A DNA stretch of 28,267 nt from an uncultured Desulfobacterales bacterium (GTDB taxonomy: Bacteria; Desulfobacterota; Desulfobacteria; Desulfobacterales; CAZRLQ01), in contig CAZRLQ010000001.1 of the NCBI GenBank assembly GCA_964600725.1, positions 1-28,267 on the forward strand. The letters are read 5' to 3'. Below the pieces are notes generated by a model that was not told where the DNA came from, ran no database searches, and saw nothing but the letters and a program-made list of their open reading frames with translations. Made by a program: the position numbers and the translations under genes. How positions within the stretch are numbered: the first letter of the stretch is position 1; each line of letters starts with the position of its first letter. Below are positions 1 through 7,446 of the stretch, one piece after another.

Positions 1-160
1 ATGAAAACCCGATGTCGTTTGGTCGCTACTGGGAGTTTTGACTTTGCAAGCCCGGTTCTACTGAGGAATTCCGCCATTATATTTCGCAAAAACCGGACCC
101 TGCGGGAGCGCTGCTTTTAGGTTGTAAAAAATTTCTCATTTTAGGACAGCCTCATGGGCT

Positions 161-2254
161 TCACCTAGCGCGCTGCCGATCCGCGTCAGATACCGGCTGC
201 AGCACTAAAGCGGTACGTGTGGGGAGATAGAGGCTTAAGAAATGTAAATGTCTGCTGCTTTTATCCTGGGAATCGCTGGCGAGTGCTTCATGATATTGAT
301 CGGAAATCAGCCTTCCGTGTCCCCCATACTCTTTTGCATCACTGTTAAAAATCATCCGATATTTTCCTGACGGCACTTCAAACCGATAGTCCGGATAAGA
401 AGATGTGGGATGGAAATTGAATACAAACAGAAGCCCTGCCCGTTTAAATGCGATAATCTTATCCTTGTGGTGTTCATACATTAGATGTAATTTGCGATGT
501 GTTAAAAGCTGAAAATCCATAACCAGATCGATCATACTGCGGTCAAATTGCGCAAGAAAATGAAATTTCAGATCCGGATCATCAACCAGATGCCACTGAC
601 GGCGTGCATAATGATACGACCAGTTATTCCCCTCTCTGGGAAAATCGATCCAGTCCGGATGTCCGAATTCATTACCCATAAAGTTCAGGTAACCGCTATC
701 CGCTGTTGTAAGTGTAATAAACCGGATCATCTTGTGCAGAGCCATTGCTCTGTCAATGATGATATTATCATCAGTGCACTTCATATGGCCGTAAATTGCT
801 GCACCGGCAAGACGGAAAAATAAAGACTGATCTCCGACAAGGGCTTGATCGTGCGATTCAGCATAACTGATGCTCTTTTCCTCTGTTCTCCTGTTGGTCA
901 GTTCAAACCACAAGTTTCCCATGGGCCAGCTTTCGTCGGTCATTTCCTTAATTAAACGGATCCAGTAATCGGAAATTCCCATTGCAAACCGGTAATCAAA
1001 ACCGACTCCACCCCTGGAGAGGGGAACGGCCAGACCCGGCATGCCGCTTATATCCTCTGCAATGGTAACGGCATCAGGCCGCAACTCGTGGATAACCTTA
1101 TTTGCAAGAGCCAGATATGTAATCGCATCTTCATCCACATCGCCTCCAAAATAATCGTCATACGAAGTAAAAGCCTTTTCAAGACCATGGTGATGATAAA
1201 GCATGCTGGTGACCCCGTCAAAACGGAACCCGTCAATATGGTATGCATCAAGCCAGAAACGGCAGTTTGAAAGAAGAAAATGAAGAACCTGGTATTTGCC
1301 GTAATCAAAACAGCGTGAGTCCCAGGCTGTATGAAAACCCCGCTCTCCTTCATGGAAATATTGGTGCAGTGTGCCGTCGAAACGGCTTAAACCTTCCACT
1401 TCATTTCTTACTGCATGGGAATGAACAATATCCATAATGACCATAAGCCCGGCTCCATGGGCAGTGTCTATAAGCTCTTTCAGTTCCTCAGGTGTTCCGA
1501 AGCGGGATGATGCGGCAAAAAAATTAGATACATGATAGCCAAAGGATCCATAGTAAGGATGCTCTGGAATCGCCATCAGTTGAAGCGCATTGTAACCGGC
1601 TGCAGCAATCCTGGGGATTATATTTTCGGTAAATTCACGATAAGAGCCGACTCTTCCCTCTTTCTGCGCCATACCTACGTGGACTTCATATATGAAGAGG
1701 GGGCCTGATGGACGGATAAAAGCATCATGTCGCCATTGATAGGGAATCAAAGGCCGCCAGATTTGGGCATTAAATATCAGACTTACAGGATCTTGAACCA
1801 CACGCCTTGCATATGCCGGTATACGGTCACCCTTTCCGCCCGGCCAATGGATGCTGAGTCGGTACAGATCTTTATGCTTTAAGCTCTCGGCAGGCAGACG
1901 GATCTCCCATATTCCTTCATTATTTATACGGCTTAAGGCAAATTCTTCTCTTTCCAGCCAACCGGTTAAATCTCCCACCAGATAAATTGCCGCAGCATTC
2001 GGAGCCCATTCTCGAAAAATCCATTGATTATCATGGAAATGCAAACCAAAATACTCATGGCCTGAGGCAAATTCAGTCAAACTCATTCTCCCTTGAGTCA
2101 GTCTGCTTTCCATTTCCCGGATGCGAGATTTCCTGCTTTTCAGCGCTTTTTCATAAGGGCGCAAAAAAAGATCGCATTCCAGAAGATATTGAACCGGATC
2201 AACGGAACTGTTTTGGGAGGATATGTCAAAATATGTTGACGGCCTGTCACTCAT
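161..2254 (-). CDS. glgB: 1,4-alpha-glucan branching enzyme, GH13_8 (eukaryote/Bacteroidetes-type) subfamily
   Basis: 697-aa ORF. Motifs FREWAPNA, FFAASSRFGTPEELK, GFRFDGVTSMLY (nucleophile region), AEDISG, YAESHDQALVGD and EFGHPDWIDFPREGNNWSY are typical of GH13_8. The start is 2 nt after the glgA stop. Confidence 0.95.
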   Translation of the reverse strand: MSDRPSTYFDISSQNSSVDPVQYLLECDLFLRPYEKALKSRKSRIREMESRLTQGRMSLTEFASGHEYFGLHFHDNQWIFREWAPNAAAIYLVGDLTGWLEREEFALSRINNEGIWEIRLPAESLKHKDLYRLSIHWPGGKGDRIPAYARRVVQDPVSLIFNAQIWRPLIPYQWRHDAFIRPSGPLFIYEVHVGMAQKEGRVGSYREFTENIIPRIAAAGYNALQLMAIPEHPYYGSFGYHVSNFFAASSRFGTPEELKELIDTAHGAGLMVIMDIVHSHAVRNEVEGLSRFDGTLHQYFHEGERGFHTAWDSRCFDYGKYQVLHFLLSNCRFWLDAYHIDGFRFDGVTSMLYHHHGLEKAFTSYDDYFGGDVDEDAITYLALANKVIHELRPDAVTIAEDISGMPGLAVPLSRGGVGFDYRFAMGISDYWIRLIKEMTDESWPMGNLWFELTNRRTEEKSISYAESHDQALVGDQSLFFRLAGAAIYGHMKCTDDNIIIDRAMALHKMIRFITLTTADSGYLNFMGNEFGHPDWIDFPREGNNWSYHYARRQWHLVDDPDLKFHFLAQFDRSMIDLVMDFQLLTHRKLHLMYEHHKDKIIAFKRAGLLFVFNFHPTSSYPDYRFEVPSGKYRMIFNSDAKEYGGHGRLISDQYHEALASDSQDKSSRHLHFLSLYLPTRTALVLQPVSDADRQRAR

Positions 2255-2256
2255 AA

Positions 2257-3768
2257 TCAGGTAATAAGGGGTCGCCGCAGCATCTTTTCGTAAAGATCGA
2301 TATACTTTCGTGCTGTGACAAAATGATTAAAGGTTGCAAGGCTCTGGTTCATGACCCGCTCGATTTGACGGTTCTTTAATTCTGCAGGAAGATTATAAAA
2401 ATTTATAGACTGGTCAATAGCCCAAAACAGACCCTGGGAATCAAAGGTTTCAAATAGAAAACCGTTTCCAGAGTCATTTTCGATATCCATATTAACAATC
2501 GTATCATGAATTCCCCCGGTATCATGGGCCACGGGAAGCGACCCATAAATGCAGCCTACCATCTGTGGAAGACCGCATGGTTCAAAGAGGGAAGGCATCA
2601 ATACAAAATCGGATGCAGCATAGGCCTGACGCGCCAGATTCTCATCAAAATCACAGATGGCTACCCTGTCGCTTAGTTGGTGAAAATTTACTATTCTTTT
2701 AAAATGTTCCTGGAATTCACCATTAGCAACAAAGACCACCTCCAGATTCTGCTTCCAGTACTTTGATACAGCCAGATAGAGAATTTCCGCCAACAGACGG
2801 GATCCCTTTTGAATCGTATCCAGTCTGGAAGGCCAGAAAAAGAGCGGAGCAAGGCTGTCCTGAATCAGTCCAAGCCTCTTCTGAAGAGATTTTTTGTTTT
2901 CCAGCTTGCCCCGGACATGGCTTTCCGAATTGTACCTGCAAGCCAGGGCGATATCTGTGGCTGGATTAAAAGAAGGCTCAGGTGCATTTAAAATTCCCGC
3001 AATACATCCGGCATTCCATTTATTGATTATTTCCTGTCTCAAGGGCCGCTGCACAAAATCGTGACGTCCCTGGACAACTTCCATAAGAAAAGTCGGGCTC
3101 ACCGTATTGACAAAATGGGCGGCAAAAACTCCGCTTGCCAGAAGATCTACCGGATTATACTCACGGGCACTTTCATACTCATAAGCTGCATTTTCATAAT
3201 AGAGATGATGCCAGAAATATGCAGCATCTATGCCTCTGTCTTCGATATGGGAAAGAAGAACCTTCATGGTATGAATGTTATGGATCGTAAAAAGACATGG
3301 AATCCCCATTTCTCTCGACATGGCCGGAATAAGACCTGTCATCCAGTCATTGCAATGGATAAGATCCGGTCTGACAGCAGGAATAATATTGTTAATCACC
3401 TCTCTTTGAAAAGCAATGGCAATATTTATATTTTCCCAGCTATAATTTGAGTAAACATGATCCAGATAAAAGAAAGCCCTGTCTTCAGCAAGATGTATTC
3501 TGTCATCCGGCATCTTGCTCCAGATAGTCCTTCGTTCCTTTTCTAAAACGCGCGGCAGCCTGGTATTAAATATACCCCGATAGTCTGGAATAGCCACATG
3601 AACATCTGCGCCTTCTTTGAAAAGAGAGCTTATCAAAGAGGCCGATACATCGGCAAGTCCACCAGCCTTGGCGCTCAGGTAGTTGGCAATGTTTCCCATA
3701 CCGTTGGGAAGATAAGTAACTTCCGGTGTTACAATAAGAACACGGGGGTTCGTTGATGGTTTTGTCAT
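2257..3768 (-). CDS. glgA: Glycogen synthase, GT5 family
   Basis: 503-aa ORF with KAGGLADV (KxGGL), IHCNDWMTG, RLDTIQKG and MPSLFEPCGLPQM motifs. Confidence 0.93.
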   Translation of the reverse strand: MTKPSTNPRVLIVTPEVTYLPNGMGNIANYLSAKAGGLADVSASLISSLFKEGADVHVAIPDYRGIFNTRLPRVLEKERRTIWSKMPDDRIHLAEDRAFFYLDHVYSNYSWENINIAIAFQREVINNIIPAVRPDLIHCNDWMTGLIPAMSREMGIPCLFTIHNIHTMKVLLSHIEDRGIDAAYFWHHLYYENAAYEYESAREYNPVDLLASGVFAAHFVNTVSPTFLMEVVQGRHDFVQRPLRQEIINKWNAGCIAGILNAPEPSFNPATDIALACRYNSESHVRGKLENKKSLQKRLGLIQDSLAPLFFWPSRLDTIQKGSRLLAEILYLAVSKYWKQNLEVVFVANGEFQEHFKRIVNFHQLSDRVAICDFDENLARQAYAASDFVLMPSLFEPCGLPQMVGCIYGSLPVAHDTGGIHDTIVNMDIENDSGNGFLFETFDSQGLFWAIDQSINFYNLPAELKNRQIERVMNQSLATFNHFVTARKYIDLYEKMLRRPLIT

Positions 3769-3803
3769 GGTATGTTTTTATATGAATCATGGTATGTTTT
3801 TAT
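3765..3803. repeat. 17-bp direct repeat (period 22) duplicating the glgA start context
   Basis: tcatggtatgtttttat occurs exactly at 3765-3781 and 3787-3803. Confidence 0.9.
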
Positions 3804-3805
3804 TT

Positions 3806-3873
3806 CTCGTTCCCGAGCTCCAGCGCGGGAATGCATACCATATGGGTTCCCATGCAAAAAGCATGGGAACCAG
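3806..3873. repeat. Inverted doublet of REP-like palindromes (GTTCCC...GGGAA type)
   Basis: Unit 1 (3806-3834) is ctcgttcccgagctccagcgcgggaatgc. Unit 2 (3844-3873) contains the perfect 11-bp stem ggttcccatgc-aaaaa-gcatgggaacc. The two units are inverted, diverged copies of each other. Confidence 0.75.
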
Positions 3874-4006
3874 GCGAAAAGCGCTGCCTCATTTTTATGC
3901 TTTGTAGTGCCCATCATGGCATGGTGGTTCGTGCGACGTCCTTCATTTATCGGTTTACACTTTGGAAGTCAGACCGAAAGCAAAACTGAAAGTTTTCAAA
4001 CGAACC

Positions 4007-6568
4007 CTAAGCCCATGTGATAAGTCCGGGAGTATTTTTTATCCATTCGTCACCCTTGGGTGTCACTCTGGCGGTTAAACCGTAACGGCCAGAACCGCGG
4101 CAGGTCAGTGAGCAGCCATAAAGATATTTGCCATCTCCTCGATCTTCCTTTACATTCATCGTTATTAGATTGCTGCTATCCATGGTTTCCGTGAATTTCA
4201 GATGGCCGTGGTAAAGTTCTACATCCACATCATCCGGCAGTAAATCTCCTAAATGAACAAGTGACGTAACGGCAAAGCTTTCCCCCACACGAAACGGACC
4301 GGTCTTATCCCTTGCCGGAGTCTCTATCCGAATATTGTTCCAGAGAGAGCGAAGCCGCTTGTGCTGCAAACTCAGACTCTTTGCTCTTTCGGCATTATTT
4401 TCAAGCAGGATCTTTGACTGTTTTGCCGCTGGAAGATAAAACTGTTTTACATATTCACTGGTCATCTCATGACTGCAAAAATTCAGCATTACCGTTTTCA
4501 TTGATTCCTTCATCATTTTCAGCCACTGATCCGGTAAACCGCCATTTTTTCTATCATAAAAGCAAGGTATTACTTCATTTTCCAAAATATTATACAGAGC
4601 CTGACTATCAGCAGCATCCTGAAGTCCTGGGTCAGCAAACTCATCCCCCTTTCCGATCTGCCATCCGTTTTTTCCGGAATACGCCTCATACCACCATCCA
4701 TCAGGGATGCTTACATTCAGCACGCCATTTACAGCCGCTTTCATACCGGAAGTTCCACACGCCTCAAAGGGTCGTCTCGGGGTATTGAGCCACACATCGA
4801 CTCCCCTTACAAGAGACTGAGCAAGATGTATTTCATAATCTTCAAGAAAAATAATCCGGTGGCGCGCCTGTGGCTTGCGGACAAAGGTAATCAGCCGCTT
4901 AATCAGCTCCTTTCCTTCATTATCTTTGGGATGAGCCTTTCCGGCAAATATAAACTGGACAGGATATTTTTGAGAAGAGATGATTGATTCCAGACGATCC
5001 TGATCCATCAGCAAAAGATAAGCCCGCTTGTACGCGGTAAAGCGGCGGGCAAAACCGATAGTCAATACATCCTGGTCCAGTACGGATTCAGCTTCCTCCA
5101 TCATTGTTTTAGGCGCATTACGACGGCTGTACTGGCTCATCATCACCCTTCGACAGACATTTACAAGACGGGAACGGCTCATCTCATGGGCACGCCAAAG
5201 CTCTTCGTCGTAAATATCGTCAATCCTTTTGATCGAATCCGGGTTCCATGGATGAAGATTCCACTCGGGACCGAGATAACGCTCAAAAAGCATTGAAATC
5301 TCGTCAGAAACCCAGGTGGGAATATGTATCCCGTTGGTAATATGGGAAATAGGAATCTCTTCTTCCGGACGATCAGGCCAAATGCTAGACCACATCCGCC
5401 TTGCCACTTTTCCGTGCAGTTTACTGACCCCGTTGCAGTGCTGAGCCATTCTCAGTCCAAAAACAAACATGGAAAACTTTCCACCCCTGTCCGAACCAGC
5501 CGGTTGTCCCCACGACAAAATCTCATCTTCCTTGGCACCGACCTTCTTCTCCAGCCTTCTTAAAAACGGCCGGATAAGATCAGCCGGATATTCATCATGA
5601 CCAGCGGCTACAGGTGTATGAGTTGTAAAAACAGTCGTTCGCGGAGCAATCTCCAAGGCTGTTTCAAGATCAACATTATAATCCGAAATGGTCTGAACAA
5701 GCTTTTCCAATGCGGCAAAGGCAGCATGACCTTCATTTATATGGCATACCGAAGGTGTAATCTCCAGAGCGGCAAGAGCACGCATTCCGCCAATCCCCAA
5801 AAGCAGTTCCTGTGAAAGACGTATTTTGGGATCACCCGCATACAGTCTGGAAGTAATCTCCCTGACTTCAGGCGGATTCTCCCGCAGATTTGTATCCAGC
5901 AGGTAAAGAGAAGTACGGCCGACCATAATTTTCAAAACATTAGCATGAATTTCACCATCTATTCCTTCAACAGAAACAGAGACATCCCTTCCCGAGGAAT
6001 CCTTAGCTCTTTCCACAGGAAGGTTGTAAAGATCAATCTCCGGATTCTCCTCCTGCTGCCATCCATCAGAGTCAAGAAACTGGTGAAAATAGCCTTTCCA
6101 GTAGAAAAGCCCGACTCCGGTCAAAGGAATCGCCAGGTCGGAAGCGGCTTTTAGATGATCACCGGCTAATATGCCAAGCCCTCCGGCAAACAGAGGAAGG
6201 CACTCATGGACCCCGAACTCCATGGAGAAATAGGCAACACCGCCCTGTTGTCCATATAGAGGATAAGACTGTTCAGCCGGTGTACAGACAAGCTCTATAA
6301 AACGTTCTTTAATCCGCTCTTGATCAGACAAAAACCCGTTGTCTCTTGCCAGCGCTTCAAGACGGCTTTGAGGAATTCTTGCCAAAAAAACAATGGGATT
6401 TCGTCCGCAATCATCCCAAATTCTGGGATCAATGCGGCGGAAAAGTTCCGTAGCATCAACCTGCCAGCTCCACCAGAGATTTCTGGATAAAACTTCAAGA
6501 AAGGAGAGAGGCTCCGGAATATTCGGAAATACCTGAAATATCTGCAATCGATTCATTTTCTCGGCCAT
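4007..6568 (-). CDS. glgP: Alpha-glucan (glycogen) phosphorylase, GT35
   Basis: 853-aa ORF with LSRNLWWSW, YFSMEFG, AGGLGILAGD, NEGHAAF, GFARRFTAYKR and the PLP-lysine motif EACGTSGMK. The start could alternatively be Met5. Confidence 0.96.
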   Translation of the reverse strand: MAEKMNRLQIFQVFPNIPEPLSFLEVLSRNLWWSWQVDATELFRRIDPRIWDDCGRNPIVFLARIPQSRLEALARDNGFLSDQERIKERFIELVCTPAEQSYPLYGQQGGVAYFSMEFGVHECLPLFAGGLGILAGDHLKAASDLAIPLTGVGLFYWKGYFHQFLDSDGWQQEENPEIDLYNLPVERAKDSSGRDVSVSVEGIDGEIHANVLKIMVGRTSLYLLDTNLRENPPEVREITSRLYAGDPKIRLSQELLLGIGGMRALAALEITPSVCHINEGHAAFAALEKLVQTISDYNVDLETALEIAPRTTVFTTHTPVAAGHDEYPADLIRPFLRRLEKKVGAKEDEILSWGQPAGSDRGGKFSMFVFGLRMAQHCNGVSKLHGKVARRMWSSIWPDRPEEEIPISHITNGIHIPTWVSDEISMLFERYLGPEWNLHPWNPDSIKRIDDIYDEELWRAHEMSRSRLVNVCRRVMMSQYSRRNAPKTMMEEAESVLDQDVLTIGFARRFTAYKRAYLLLMDQDRLESIISSQKYPVQFIFAGKAHPKDNEGKELIKRLITFVRKPQARHRIIFLEDYEIHLAQSLVRGVDVWLNTPRRPFEACGTSGMKAAVNGVLNVSIPDGWWYEAYSGKNGWQIGKGDEFADPGLQDAADSQALYNILENEVIPCFYDRKNGGLPDQWLKMMKESMKTVMLNFCSHEMTSEYVKQFYLPAAKQSKILLENNAERAKSLSLQHKRLRSLWNNIRIETPARDKTGPFRVGESFAVTSLVHLGDLLPDDVDVELYHGHLKFTETMDSSNLITMNVKEDRGDGKYLYGCSLTCRGSGRYGLTARVTPKGDEWIKNTPGLITWA

Positions 6569-6579
6569 CCTTCAATGGT

Positions 6580-6888
6580 TCAAACAATCACAACTGAATT
6601 TTCACAACTGCCGTAAATGCTGGGCAGATATTTATCGGCATCCCAGTCATTTTCCCAGAATGTTTCATCTATGAAATAACGAAACTGATATTCCCTGTTT
6701 GCTTCAAGATCGATTGTAACTGTAAATGTTCCATCCTTTAGTTCTTTCATGGGAGTTGCACAGGTATCCCAGTTGTTGAATTCACCAGCAATATGAACTT
6801 TTCTGGCGGATTCAGCCGCCGCCTTTGGAAGTCTGAAAGTAACCTTGCAAACAGGTCTGGTCTTAAGATATCTTTTTTTAATACTCAT
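6580..6888 (-). CDS. Stand-alone CBM48 / AMPK-beta-like glycogen-binding (isoamylase early set) protein
   Basis: 102 aa counted from the ATG at 6888, which has GAGGA upstream (the ORF track extends to a GTG at 6930). KVTF...VHIAGEFNNWD...PM...GTFTVTIDL...YQFRYFID..WEND matches the CBM48/E-set pattern. Confidence 0.85.
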   Translation of the reverse strand: MSIKKRYLKTRPVCKVTFRLPKAAAESARKVHIAGEFNNWDTCATPMKELKDGTFTVTIDLEANREYQFRYFIDETFWENDWDADKYLPSIYGSCENSVVIV

Positions 6889-7047
6889 AATATCCTCGAC
6901 TCTTTTTAGAAACCCTGAATCCGTGAGCACCGCCCTGCAGCTCCGAATGCAAAAAAGAACCTGCCGGCTTAAAGCCGCCTATGACCGGCCAGTCTCCGGA
7001 TAGACGGAGTGCGGAACACATGGCCTGTCTTTTTTGTAAACATTCAC

Positions 7048-7187
7048 GAGTTGCATTTATGAGAATTTTCGTTCGAGATCAAGGCATGCGAAAAAAAATA
7101 ACCGGAGGCATATAGTTGATATTCATAAGGATTATTTTTTTCGCATAACACAGAGGTCGGGCGAAAAGGCCATAAATCAACAGACTC
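7048..7187. mobile_element. 140-bp long-hairpin MITE-like repeat
   Basis: Nested inverted arms: atttatg/cataaat, ttttcg/cgaaaa, atgcgaaaaaaaataa/ttatttttttcgcat, with GAG...CTC ends. The flanks attcac/atttac may be a degenerate 6-bp TSD. The core is homologous to 27748-27892 in the opposite orientation. Confidence 0.7.
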
Positions 7188-7215
7188 ATTTACGCCATAC
7201 GGGGTTGTTCTTAAA

Positions 7216-7328
7216 GATGAACGTCAACATCGAATGTGAATGTCGCTTCGCTCTTTCTTTTTTAATTAAATCGAAACGCCGAAGGCGTACCATATTCAAC
7301 GTTGGATGTTCAATGTTGAGCGTTCGTT
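7216..7328. repeat. Inverted heptamer-array palindromic element
   Basis: The right arm ttcaacg-ttggatg-ttcaatg-ttgagcg-ttcg (period 7) is complementary to the left arm gaacgtcaacatcgaatgtgaat. There is an internal hairpin acgcc-gaa-ggcgt at 7276-7288. Confidence 0.65.
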
Positions 7329-7446
7329 TTTTTAGAGAAAAAATCCACGGCAGAGCCATCTATCTCTGACCTTGCCCAGATGGCCATGTTTTCAATACTG
7401 AATAAACAAACAAAGGGCTATCCAATTTGTAATTCGTAATTCCTGT

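Noticed and set aside
2255-2266. glgA ends ATTACCTGATTA, resembling the pyrH element terminus ATTACCTGAATTA
   Set aside because: The match is short, gapped and inside a tight 2-nt gene junction, with no second end or TSD. Probably chance.
3905-3915. tagtgcccatc identical to 27747-27757
   Set aside because: Only 11 bp, and the flanks do not align. It may be a relic but cannot be supported.
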